Shown here piece by piece: positions 52,451 through 64,000 of a stretch of 64,000 bases of DNA. The position numbers were made by a program, and so were the translations under genes. Within the stretch, counting starts at the first letter, position 1. Each line of letters opens with the position of its first letter. The DNA lies in the NCBI GenBank assembly GCA_024679065.1, contig JAGIQG010000016.1:10478001-10542000 (forward strand). The letters are read 5' to 3'. Source of the stretch: Sphyrna mokarran. Lineage: Eukaryota. The notes beneath the pieces are model-generated. The model was given only the letters and a program-made list of their open reading frames with translations. It was not told the DNA's origin and did no database searches.

Positions 52451-52539
52451 TTGACCAAAATTCTTAACTGTAAATTTCACTGGCTGACAGACTATGACTG
52501 AATACTCAGTCACTGATTTTCATTGTGATCAGATTTCAT

Positions 52540-53700
52540 TTGAAAACGGCACATGTATCGATATGGTGCGAAAAGTGTTTTTTTTTCGGACTTATACATA
52601 CACAATATGCCGTTAATAGAGAAGGAAATAAGCGAGTGCAAAACGTCCTAATAGATCTATGATTAGTAGAGAAAGCTGAACTTAATGCGTTTGCAAGTTC
52701 ACAGAATAAATTAGAACTCATAAATATTATTTGCTCCATTAGTCCGTCTATTCACCCTTTGTGCTCTGAGGCAATATTGACCTTGTTGGTCCAAGCAAAT
52801 GAATGCAGCAATTACAGTGGACACACACACACACACACACAACTGGAAATTTCAGCAGGATGAGGCTTCATACTTTGGGATCGGAGAATATCTCACTACT
52901 GTATGATTTCTTCTGAAATAATTAGACCATAATGTAACTTCTCTATTATTATGCATACATCGAGTTGCAACAGTTGAAACAGTCGGAGATTTGGGAGTTA
53001 TCAATCTTTCCTATGCCACGTCCAGAAAATATTGATGGAAGAATGAATTCCCGTGTCTGCTGAAAGAAAAAAACACACAAACAGGAGAGACACCTTTTCC
53101 GCGTAGGAGAACTGGGGGATTATTTCTGCATTTTAACGAATGGGAAGAATATGATTATGATGGGTGAAATATATACCTTTGTCTAAATATCAGCAGGTTT
53201 CTTTTGACATTATAGGGCTATGGTTCCACCATTAGAAGTAAAAAAAAAATCTCCTCGCATTGTGGAGATGGGGATGCTCGTTGCCACGGTGCCATAGGTA
53301 AAAGGCAAATCAGTCAGGTTATAAATAACATGACACTGAAATTATATATGCAAGAAACAAACGGTCCAGTTCAACCTTCAGTACTGATCAAATCTTAAAA
53401 AAAACGCAGTGTCTTTAGCAGATTCATTGTCATGGGAATAATATGGGAACGCGAGACATATTGGGGAAAAAAAAAGTTGTAACGTTATTCCACCTGAAAA
53501 ACAAAGCTGTTTGCGAACTGCAGTTCGGATGAAGGAATTGGTTTTGTAATTGGTGTGATTACAAGGAAAGCTGATATGCCAGTGGGTGAAAATGTATGAT
53601 TTCAATGAGAGTTTCTATAGAATTTTGACAGTTGTCTGGGGAATATGTATGCTGCGTTGGGAACATGCTGGAGTTGGCAGATAAAGGTCATTTGTATGCA
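52540..53700 (-). pseudogene. TCR beta/gamma-like mini-cassette relic #19
   Basis: V ORF 53378-53605 ISFPCNH..GITLQLFFS..AFFLR; J donor (exon end 53177); C from 53059 SINIF..TVATR..EVTLW; TM LAYFLL..YCVCIS. Confidence 0.65.
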
Positions 53701-54481
53701 TGAGATTCTTCGTTTAAAGTGAGGAGGAAGGACATTATAATGTTTCTGTAATGCAGTACGAAGTGTTATGCGCACATGTCTAATCTTTTCTAATCGAATG
53801 GGATGAATGTCCCGCCAATGCAGAGTTGTAACCTACAGGGAAAACCTTCATTCGGGGACAAAAAAAGTTACAACTAATTTAATTCGCATGGAATAACATC
53901 GCTGTGTGGGAAGCAGCAAACAAACGTACTCTAACGGAATAACGTTAGAACTTTTTTTTTTCCGACATGTCTCGCGTTCCCATATTATTCCCATGACAAT
54001 GAATCTACTAAAGACACTGCGTTTTTTTTAAGATTTGATCAGTACTGAAGGTTGAACTGGACCGTTTGTTTCTTGCATATATAATTTCAGTGTCATGTTA
54101 CTTATAACCTGACGGATTTGCCTTTTACCTATGGCACCGTGGCAATGAGCATCCCCATCTCCACAATGCGAGGAGATTTCTTTTTCTTTTTTTTGACTTC
54201 TAATGGTGGAACTATAGCCCTATAATGTCAAAAGAAACCTGCTGATATTTAGACAAAGGTATATATTTCACCCATCATAATCATATTCTTCCCATTCGTT
54301 AAAATGCAGAAATAATCCCCCAGTTCTCCTACGCGAACAAGATGTCTCTCCTGTTTGTGTTTTTTTTTCTTTCAGCAGACACGGGAATTCATTCTTCCAT
54401 CAATATTTTCTGGACGTGGCATATAAAGATTGATAATTCCCAAATCTCCGACTGTTACAACTGTTGCAACTCGATGTATGC
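52953..54481. repeat. Long inverted duplication: arms 52953-53491 and 53936-54481, 444-bp spacer
   Basis: Arms align end to end as reverse complements, with few substitutions and some homopolymer length differences. Confidence 0.98.
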
Positions 54482-54489
54482 TGCTCGAT

Positions 54490-54830
54490 TGTCCTGCTGG
54501 AGCACTGTCAGGTGCAGGAAGAAGAAGTAATCTTTGAGCTTCCAATAATGTGGCTTGGCGATTTAGAGGCCATCGACATCCACAGCGAGGAGGCAGCAGG
54601 TAACGCTGGAGGAGGGTGATATTTTATTCTATCCCATGCATTGGATAAATCGTGAGCGTTGGCGTGAAGAGCATTAGTAGCAAAAGAAGGAAATATGCTA
54701 TATAGCAAGACCTGAGATGTGTAAGTCAGTAACTGGCTACCACCATGCGTCTGTACTTCATTCCTCATTGAGGATTATCAAAGTATGGTTGGAACAATAC
54801 TCTGTGTTAGCTGGAAGTTGAGGTCGGGCG
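54490..54830 (+). mobile_element. Penelope-like GIY-YIG C-terminal fragment
   Basis: LEAIDIH..NAGGG*YFILSHA resembles the PLE C-terminal EAI.I..NRGGG..LS. Confidence 0.55.
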
Positions 54831-54832
54831 AT

Positions 54833-55130
54833 CATAGAATCATGTAATACTGTAAGGACGGATGGTATTCGGCCCATGGAGACTGTACCGGCAACGCTCT
54901 AAGCATGCCTAGAAACATAAAGCAGCATATATTTCCTGTCAATCACCCTGACACTGGCCATTAATTAGCATGATGAAACAGACGAATCCGCACATATTTC
55001 CGGAATCCGGAAGACCCAAAGGAAAACCACTCGCAACAGGGAGAAAGTTCAACCCCGTACAGATAGTGACCAGAGGCCAGAATTGAACATGGAGCTGTAT
55101 GGCAGCGGTGCTAGCCAAGCTGGCACAATG
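54833..55130 (-). mobile_element. V-SINE
   Basis: catagaatc tail, gggagaaagttc, ggcagcggtgctagcc. Confidence 0.75.
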
Positions 55131-55982
55131 TGGAAGACATTTTTACATGTCATGAGTTCAATGACAGAACTGGAATATCATTGCATTTGTGATGATGTGG
55201 TTATGATACAGTTGGATTTAAAAAGAACGTTTCATATCATTGACGCTCACTTGTTGCGTGATTGTTGTCCGTACAACCAAAAAAAATGTTGAGCAAGGAT
55301 TTTCACAACGTTTTAATCACATTGCCATCATTTTGTAACACCATTTTCTCAGGAAGGTGGTTTTAGTGCATGAGGCGGAGATATGAATTATGATGGCTAA
55401 CGTTGCATGGACAGCTACCAATGAAATGGTACAGAAACAAAACATGATTCGTAGGTGAGTCGAGGTGGAAATAAAAACTGAAAACTGGTGCAATGATTAC
55501 AGGAAGATGTTTCGATAGGGTGAATGGAGTTGCAGCTGTCAGTTGTCGGATTTTCAACATTTTTCATAGCATGAAATGCGTTGAGATGAGGATGGAACGG
55601 GATAAAATGCTGCAGATATTTAAGAGTCAGTGAAGTTTAACTTCGTAAGGTAGCAAGAACACGCGGCAAGAGGAGTGATCACAATAATTATTAGGGCGGG
55701 AATTCGGAAATGCGCTAGAACGGCATTCGTGTCAGCAAGTATTTGGACTTTTGTTCCGTACCACCCGGATGGAATACAAAATGCTGCTTCGTGAAGACGT
55801 AAATAGAAAAAAACTGGACACGGGCGAATTTGAGAGAGATCTGCTGGGTAATGATGGAGAACGAAGTCGCATGTATTTGTACTTCGGTTTCAGTTCTGGT
55901 GCCTGAATGCCCTGCAGTTCTGATCAATTGCTACAGAAGTGTTTGAAAACAAAATAATCAGGATGTTGTCCCGAACATCATA
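55130..55982 (-). pseudogene. TCR alpha/delta-like mini-cassette relic #20 (3' truncated)
   Basis: Leader MMFG..ILIILFS; V IITQQIS..QKSKYLLTR..TSLTLKYLQ..NAF; start of C. Confidence 0.55.
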
Positions 55983-56179
55983 AAACCTCCGATTGCAGTA
56001 CTGCCATCTTCAATATTCGTCTTTTATGTAATGACTAAGAATAAAATGATTTTGAATTATATTAGCCAGAAACACCTATTTCATTTTGGTAATGTGAAAA
56101 ATCTTGAGAAACAGCAATATTTATGTTTTAATTACATTTTTTTCAGTTTATCAAAATGATCTTAAATGATACACTGCTA

Positions 56180-56300
56180 CAATCTGCTGCACCAAAGCAT
56201 AAATAAATACCGAAATTGTAAAATTATAATTAAAAAATCCTCCCTCCATAAACAAAGTAACTCTCACTGAATGTAATGCTTGCATGCACCATTTTCCATT
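56180..56300 (-). pseudogene. Alpha/delta-type TM exon relic abutting the gap
   Basis: SYFVYGGRIF*L* resembles L.V.GLRI.LK. Confidence 0.4.
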
Positions 56301-56302
56301 TG

Positions 56303-56432
56303 NNNNNNNNNNNNNNNNNNNNNNNNNNNNNNNNNNNNNNNNNNNNNNNNNNNNNNNNNNNNNNNNNNNNNNNNNNNNNNNNNNNNNNNNNNNNNNNNNN
56401 NNNNNNNNNNNNNNNNNNNNNNNNNNNNNNNN
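56303..56432. other. Assembly gap (130 N)
   Basis: N run. Confidence 1.
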
Positions 56433-56734
56433 TCCCCAAGGCTGGATGTCAGATCATGGCATTTTTAGCCATGCCAAACTCATATTGATTGCCATCCGAG
56501 TAAATTCCTACCTGATAGCATAGTTAATGACCTCAGTCATTTTGCTTCGTTGGTTAACTCTATTTTGGAATATTAGTCTTACTCTTAATTTCAACATGAA
56601 CATTGCTGTCAATAATTTCTCTCGTTGCACTAGAGATGCACATATATGCAGTATACCTCTGTCTAAAACTGTTCACACCTATTGTAAAGTGGATATCATT
56701 GACTGGAATAGATTTAATGATGTGGATTTTGAAA

Positions 56735-56990
56735 TAAAACTTAGCAGTCTTTAAACCTATTAAAAACATCTCCCTGATGCAACGTTGATACTTGTGATGA
56801 AGGAGCAAACTGAGCAAATTAAAATGTTTCCCTAAAGATTGTCCTCTAAGATGAAATACACAAGTGCCTGGAAACTTGCTTATTACAGAATTCAGCACAG
56901 CTTCAAAATCTGGAGGCATGTCCTACTCCCGGTGTAATACTGCGCTTTCCACTTGACTCTTCACTGAAGTATTTTGACAGGTTAATTTAG
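56735..56990 (-). pseudogene. Alpha/delta-type CP and TM exons; 5' part of the cassette missing
   Basis: CP LTCQNTSVKSQVES; TM KHFNLLSLLL...VFN..LKTAKF. Confidence 0.6.
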
Positions 56991-57864
56991 GACGATAAGA
57001 TTTACATTACAGCTAAAATTCAAACCTTTCCCTCTCCTCCTTTCTCACTTCCTCCCTTGCTTCCCATCCTTTCATCCCGCCCCTGTTTCCCTGCCCCTCA
57101 CTTCCATCCCCTTCAGCTTCTTCCACCATCTCGTCTCCATCTGCCTGCCCCACCGATCCCTGTGCACCTCCTGCCCCTCCCATTAGCCCTCGTTGCCTTT
57201 TTTTGATTTATATCCGTCACTTTCTTGTTAAATGGCAACAGAATTATAACATTTATGCACTGACGGTTGTGCCCGAAATAACTTTGGAATAAACTCCAAA
57301 ATTAAGCATGCCGGTGCGCGTCATTAATGTAAGAAAATAACTTTGGATACATATTATTTTGTTGATGCTTATTTTGTGTTAAGTCACATATTAAGAAGCC
57401 TAAACGTCTGTTTTGTATTGCCTTGTAACTTCTTAAAATGTTTTGCATGACAAGGACTGTTAATGTCTTTGAATTCAGAATCTCGCAGCAGTTTCTTGAA
57501 CAATAATTTGCCTGACTGTGGGATAAATTGACGGAACGTTCAGTTTGGGGCTGTAAAATCTAGATGTGTTTATGACTCAGAATCTTTCATATGTTTGCTC
57601 TAAATATAATTATCATATTCATTTGTATGTGACCTCTTTATGCATTAGGGATTCTATGAGCCGGATTGTTGGCGGCCTCCTTCTGCGCGAGATGTTCCAT
57701 GAATGGGATTGTTGATGACCTGTTTATGCACGTTGGGGAGTTCTATGAGCGGAAACAAATTTGACACAATTAGACTGTTTATTTATACCTATTGAGTCAT
57801 CGAATATACGACAAATAAAATAAGTAAAAATAATGATTGAATTAGGCAACAGACGCATATTCAT

Positions 57865-58150
57865 AAAGTCATAGAATCACATGGACATTTGGTCCATCGA
57901 GTCTGCACCGTTCATCATCGCACACCGGTTTTATTGCTCCAACCACATACCTTTACCCTAAAAATCCTCCTGCTATTAGGGTTAATTTCGTATGACCGAT
58001 CCACCTTGCCCCTACATATTTGGGCTACGGGGTAAACTGATGCACCTGAACGAAACCCACATAGACATAGGAAGGATGAGCAAACTCCATATATACAGTG
58101 ACCCGAAACCTTGGCACTGTGAGACGCCAGATCTAACCACTACGCCAATT
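57865..58150 (-). mobile_element. V-SINE
   Basis: catagaatc tail, gaaacccacatagacatagg, ggcactgtgagac. Confidence 0.8.
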
Positions 58151-59089
58151 GCCACTCCACCGCTATGACACAGTGCCGATTAATTGTGTACTTAACTACG
58201 TAAATAAATAACAGAAGAAAAATTCAAATGCATGCCATTCCTAAGAGTAGGGAATCCCATTCTCTTTGCAAAATTGCCTTTGGAAATTGGACCATACGGA
58301 GCATTCCAAGACTTGTCACACCAAAAGCGGACGTGTTCAATAATACCTTAGGATGCGTTGGAGACTTCTTTATGACTGCTGCACATATCGATAAAGTCAG
58401 CAGTGATGTTTTGGAAATGTAAGAAGACATTTTATTTTCATTTTGATAGACCAAACCTTCCGGCGACGAACATAAGTTATGTGCTCTGAATAGTTTTAAT
58501 AGTTCTATACAAAGGGATCGAAATGAATATGGCAATTTCTGACTTTTTTTTAATATTGAATGCACAATAAGCACCTGTAGAGAAAAAGAATGGTTATTAA
58601 CCGGATGATACTCTGCAGTGGAAAGGAACTTGTATTTACTCCAAAATAACATAGCATAACAGCTGTATCGTTATGTTTCAATTAGCAAAAAAACTTCTGT
58701 ATGCTTCTTATGGTTATTAAAATACATTAATATTTTTTTAAAAATGAACTGTCATCACGCATTTTTCACCGGAAGGTCAGCAACGTCATTCGCATGAATA
58801 CAAGTTTTTGCAGGGGATTGAGCGGAAGAGTGTTACTGCCGGCATGACCTGCCGACAGATTACTTTTTAACCAACGAAAAATGGAACAGATGTTATCGAA
58901 TTCGCATGCATTCTGAATTATGCATACTCATGACTAATCTTATGTTTTGCAGAACAAGCAGCATGCCAGAAGGAAGTGAAAGATTTACGTAAGTCAAGAA
59001 GATAAAGTTTAATGTGTGATGTTACAGCATTGCCGTCATGAGACGTAATTATACTGAGCCCAGCTTCTCCTCTGAACTGTCAGGTGCAC

Positions 59090-60297
59090 CAAAATGATGG
59101 AACTGTAAAACAACAGACTATGGTGTTATACGGACGATTAGAATTACACTCTGGTCCCATCATATATAAGTATGGACAACAGAAAGCGTCGGTGTAAGCA
59201 TGTTTGTTCTCCATTACTAATTGGAAAAAAAAGCTGATTTTTCAATAGCTGAGATGGGAGTGAAAACATGGCCGCACTTGACCCAGAGCGGCACCAGTGA
59301 GCCATCGAGAAACTGGAATCAATGGGTATCAGAGAGCAAACTCCGATTGTTGGAGTCATACCTGGTGCATGGGAAGATGGCTCTGTTTGTGAATGGCCAG
59401 CTATCTTAGCATCAAGCTATCTCTTCAGTAGCCCATCAGGGTAGTGTCCTCCGTCCAACAATCTTCAGCTGCTCCATTAATAACCTTTTTCAATCGTAAG
59501 TTTGGAGTTGGGGATATTCGCCCATGATTGCATAATATTTAGCACCAGTCCCGATTATTCAGATGCTGAGGCAATTCATGATCGCATGTAACATATCCGT
59601 GCAACATCTATTCTTGGACAGACACGTAAAAAGTAACATTCACGCCTCACAAATGACAGGCAATGGTCATCATTAAAAAGAGACATTCTACACACCACCC
59701 CTTGAAATTCAATTTTGCTACCAAATCCAAATACTGTCAACACCCTGTTATTTCCATTGACCAGGAGTTCAACTGGACTTACTGTATAATTACAGCTGTT
59801 ATACGAAGTACGGAATACTGTGGCGAGTAACTCACTTCCAACACTTCAAAGGCGATTCACAATCTACAAGACAAAAATTAGGAGTGTCCTAAAATAGTCC
59901 CCAATTGCCTGAAAGGGTGCAACCCCAACAACACTGAAGATGGTTGACATGATCCATGGCAATGCATTTCACTTCATTGGCACCATATCTAAACACATCC
60001 TTTTCCTCCATCACCGATTGTTAGTGCGTATTAACTACAAGATAGACGGCATGAATTCAACAAAGTTCTTTAGACATCACCTTCCAAACACATGTCCACT
60101 TCCACGTAGAAGGGCAAGGGCAGCAAATAATCGGAACACCATCTGCTGCATGTTTCCCTCCAACTGATTTGGAAATATGTTGTCTTTTCTTTGCAATCAC
60201 TGGATCAAAACCCGGTAATTCTCTCCCTAACTGCACGTGGTTCAGCCTACAGAACGGTGCCATCCAATGACAACTATGCCCATGAATGAATAAAAAT
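59090..60297 (+). mobile_element. Old L2/CR1-clade LINE 3' fragment
   Basis: QGSVL.PTIFSC RT motif at ~59440; cccatgaatgaataaaaa tail. Confidence 0.85.
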
Positions 60298-60739
60298 GAT
60301 CGAGCAAAATAGATGCAAATACACTCAGCTAGCAACTAAAACGAAATTGCACAAAACAATTGTACTTGTGTTGCAAATTTGGATAAGAAAGATGTTTAGC
60401 AAATGTGAGAGATTTCACTGAAATGTTCCTTCATTTAAAAGGAGAGAAATATTTGAAGTTGTAAATTTAAAAACGTAATAATATTCAGCGCAAAAATAAA
60501 CGCATGGACCATTATCTGCGCAATACCTGAACACAAGTTTCCCAATTCTTTCTCTCGATATGTGAGTACTGTTTAATGCACTTAGTTGATATGTAAACGA
60601 AAAATGACTGTTGTTGCACGCATCAAGGCTTGACATTCCCGAGGAAAAAAAAAACTGAATAAAAAAAAACAGCAACTGTTTGCAACGCAATTCGAGTTAA
60701 ATGGTGCAGCTGCTTTTTAATCAAAACATAGGACAAGAA

Positions 60740-62120
60740 ACGTGGGAACGTTTTGTTAGACTCGTCTCCAGATGTTATTAATAGACATGAATGACATGTT
60801 TTTTTTTTTCTGTTAAGATTCCTGCCGTGATTAGGCAGGAAATATACAGTTATGTGTTTAGTTTGTAGGTCAGCTGACAGACTGAGTTGTTCAGACAGGA
60901 GTTGCATGCCGGCGAAGGAGTACTGTAATGGTGTATCTGAAGTATTTGTAGACCAAGAATTGCCACAAGAATTGGATCACAATTCCACTAATATTCCAGT
61001 GTTGAGACGAATTGTTCAAGAAACTTACGAAACTTATACAGATATCACAGTTAAATGGAGAAATATTTCACACTCTGATGCAGTGGCCTAAATTAGTCGG
61101 TACTAACGAACCAGTACACTTTTTGGAAAATGATCTAGCCGCCAAATTCATTACCAGAAATCCCAAAGACCAACTGAAACCTAATGAGATGGAAACCTCT
61201 TGTTATTTAATTACTAATATCTGAGACTTGAATTGGAATTCGACGAGCTGAAGCAGGCGTAATAATATCCAACATATTACAACGGTTTGGTATGCAAACT
61301 AATGTCAGTAATGCAACTTGAAATCAAAATAATTATGAAGCTGTCCCTATTTTGCAATATTATATTCATTGGGGCTCGTTTCCTATAGGCGAGTGCCACT
61401 TTGTTCCTGACGTGATGACCCGTTTCGATAAGCCACTGTTGGCACTGCTAAACAGCAGAAGTAAAGCGGATATTCAGGACAACATGGATGACTGTGACAT
61501 CAAGATGTTCAAGAAAGCTTAAGTGAATTGGAATGATGGAGACTTTCTTTCATTGGTGTAATGCTAGCTGGGAAAATAAAGCTGATTAACATTGTTGAAC
61601 GCCAGTCGTATCAGTGCAGGATTTCATTGGTGGAGTTACTTTATTGCTTCTGTACTTTGCACTGCTCCATTATTCATCATCCTTCCTACAAACTGTGACA
61701 GCTCAGGATACGTGCATATGGGTGAACAGTACGAAAACGTTTAATTAGCTACAGATTCTGAAATAATCTAAAATGGTCACGTGAAACAGATTTCTGGAAG
61801 ATAGCGTGCTGTGCTTAAAGTAGAAAAATCTTCACAACTTGGCAGTCCATCTTTGCCGGATGTCGAACATCGTCTCTCATATTGATTCGTGCTGGGCGCA
61901 ACCATCACCATACGCCAGAATTGTTTAATAATCCGAATACATCCGAATAATCTTTGACACCGCCGGAGTTCTCATCATAAACCATCTGATTGTGGTTTCA
62001 GGTTGTGATTTCGAAAGGTCACGTTGAACCTTCTTCTAATTTTGTTACCGACGGCCATTATTCTGGGAACAAAAACGTGCAATGGATCACTGCTGATGTT
62101 CGGTATCTCTCACGTACCGA
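60740..62120 (+). pseudogene. TCR beta/gamma-like mini-cassette relic #24
   Basis: V from 60869 GQLTD*VVQT..GEG..NISHSDA; C from 61389 in one frame VPDVMTRFDKP..SRSKADI..VNWNDG, later SYFIASVL..NC; TM from 62002 TLNLLLILLPTAIILG. Confidence 0.65.
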
Positions 62121-62259
62121 GGGCCGTGAGATGCTGGATTGCCTTCACACCATGGTGATTACATTTCTTCCTCCAGGTTAATGACCTCAATTATGGTGTA
62201 GATCTCCACTTCGGAGACCTGACGAGACTTTGCACCTCCTGTTAGATATTCCCTAAGTT

Positions 62260-63124
62260 TTAACATTTCCTACTGAAAAGCTGGGCCTAAGTTGCCTCGC
62301 GCCACAGGTCTGTCCCATATGGAATAGAGGCTGTTCCTCGGGAGCCATTACTCTACAATTCTCTTTCCCACAGGCACCATTTCTGGTGGCTGGCAGAAAG
62401 ACGGGATCTAACTGGCATGGTGACCAGTTTGGTGACATACGTAACAGAAAATGGTTGACATTCCATGTGTTGGCTAAGCATCCGACAATGGGCGTGCAGC
62501 TCGTGAAGCGGATCATGTTCATATTCGGGAAGGTCAACTATTCGGTGGAATCTCGAAGAAATGCACCCCTGTTCGGATCATATCCGACGTTGCCCTCAGA
62601 TCCAGACCAGCTCCCCCAGTTATCGAGCTTCACAGTGTGTGCCGTTTCATGGAAAGACCCTCCATGTCCATTGCCACTGCATGGAGGTATTCCCTTTTCG
62701 GGCTCCTGTTGCTGCATGTATTCTCCTATGGTGCCCTCGCCGGTCAATCAGACACAACTTGGCGACACTTATTGCCGCCTAATAGCAGAGGTTCTCAATT
62801 CTGTTCCGTCTATGAAGAGTTGATCTCCCCTAAATTGGGGAATCGCAAAAACGTGTGCGGAGTGTTTCACATGTAGCAGTGCCATCCAATCTTCAAATGT
62901 ACCGCTTCATAGGCTCCCAGTTGTCATGACTTTTCGCGATCTTGTGAATATGCGATTCATTTTTGGTCAAATAATATAGGTTGCGCTCAACTTTTAATTT
63001 ACAGGAAAAACGATTTACTGACGTTTTAAGTTTCTTCAGTGCCACGCTCCTGAGCTTTGTGTTCCTGCTGCAGAGGGCGGAATGAATGCGGATGACCTTA
63101 AAAATTAAAAGAAACCGAAGCTAA
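62260..63124 (+). pseudogene. TCR-like cassette relic #25 (V, J-like, TM; C not evident)
   Basis: Strong acceptor at 62374, VDIPC, FTVCAVSWKD; TM 63005-63124 VLSFFSATLLSFVFLL..MTLKI. Confidence 0.45.
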
Positions 63125-63162
63125 CTAAATAAATAAGGGGGGAGATTAGATGACGTGTTGCT

Positions 63163-63600
63163 CATGCGCGATGAGATAGCTGATGGACTCGGTTATATTT
63201 CCCAGTGACCACAACTGTCGCAAGTATTTATTCCTCAAGGAACTTTGGCTGAGAGTGGATGAGCTCTATTCTGAGCTACTGCCTTACATCAAGGATGGGA
63301 GAGATGTCTCGACGTTGTGCTTCATACCTCTTTGACTAAACAACTTGAATTCGGTCAGTGATCAAGGACACGAAGGTGTAGCTGAGAGAGATGCAAATAG
63401 TGGAACCCAGGACGTAAAGTTGCAGGAGCCTAAGTCCTGAGCCTTTTCCAATACATCAAGATGCCTGCTTCCTGTGTGGACAGCAGCGGGGATGGCTTGG
63501 TTGATGAGCCAAACAACCTCACCTCCGTGGTGTAGAGTTTCATTAAATTGGGGAAGAGACAACATAAATGTAATTGTATTGTGGGTAGCTTCGTTAGTGG
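63163..63600 (+). pseudogene. Alpha/delta-type leader plus V relic #26
   Basis: Acceptor at 63240: GTLAES/VDE..KDGRDVSTLC..NNLN..DQ. Confidence 0.55.
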
Positions 63601-63689
63601 CATAGAATCTACTCTCTTTGAACAAGACTGTGTTTCCTGAACGTTGTTTTGCCAACCTGTTGCTCAGGTTCAGGAATTATCAAAGAAGA

Positions 63690-64000
63690 ACGAGTTAAAA
63701 AAAAACGCTCAGGAATAGACCATTCGGCCTTCGAAGCCTGCAAAGACCATGTTTTCAGATTGAACTAAAATTCGGTCCCCTTCCACGAATCATATCTCTC
63801 CATGACTATGCTACTCATGTATTTGTCAAAATGGCCCTCAGAAGTCTTTATCTGCTTGCAATGCCTCCTCGGGCGGCACGTTAAAGGTACTCACAACTCT
63901 CTGTGCAAGAATCTTGCCTCGCACCCTTCCTGGAATCCTTGCCCCTCACAAATTAAAACCATGCCGCTAGTAATTGACTCTTCAATTTTGAAAAGACTAC
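63690..64000 (-). mobile_element. Old CR1 3' end
   Basis: caggaatagaccattcggccttcgaagcctg tail; caactctctgtg. Confidence 0.8.

Larger units (their letters stand above)
57340..60610 (+). pseudogene. TCR-like mini-cassette relic #23 (alpha/delta-type V and TM), plus strand
   Basis: V from 57479 AVKSRCVYDSESFICLL*; J donor GTAAGA at 58419; C from 58450; intact CP 58953-58988 EQAACQKEVKDL (TGCAG/GTAAGT); TM from 60489 AKINA...VLFNAL. Confidence 0.65.

Noticed and set aside
62637-62876. ORF with a signal-peptide-like stretch, initially read as retroviral env
   Set aside because: No pol or env motifs nearby; the region fits a V-J relic in other frames better.

Overview
Eukaryotic, AT-rich, repeat-laden DNA, almost certainly from a cartilaginous fish: it has CR1 LINEs with (CTATGTT)n tails, HE1/V-SINE-like elements and shark-type Penelope-like elements. 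No intact host protein gene is visible. The non-repeat sequence is instead a dense tandem array of about 25 heavily decayed T-cell-receptor-like mini-cassettes, each about 1.2-1.7 kb net of insertions and ordered leader - V - J - C1 Ig domain - Cys connecting peptide (CP) - transmembrane (TM) exon, mostly with introns of about 60-200 bp. Two types are interspersed: TCR alpha/delta-like (TM N.LSL...LR.IF.K..FN..MT) and TCR beta/gamma-like (C domain P.V..F.PS..E..KAT.VC...SSRL; TM A.LTY.IL..K..Y...WK). Cassettes are on the minus strand from 1 to ~57 kb and on the plus strand from ~57.3 kb. Every copy has stops or frameshifts. Insertions include a degenerate gag-pol-env endogenous retrovirus (~23.2-31.1 kb), nested CR1/Penelope elements, a SINE-carrying CR1 subfamily, a 540-bp inverted duplication and a 75-bp templated insertion. 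All protein comparisons were made by eye against remembered TCR/ERV/LINE motifs with manual frameshifts; no searches were run, so individual cassette calls and boundaries are approximate.
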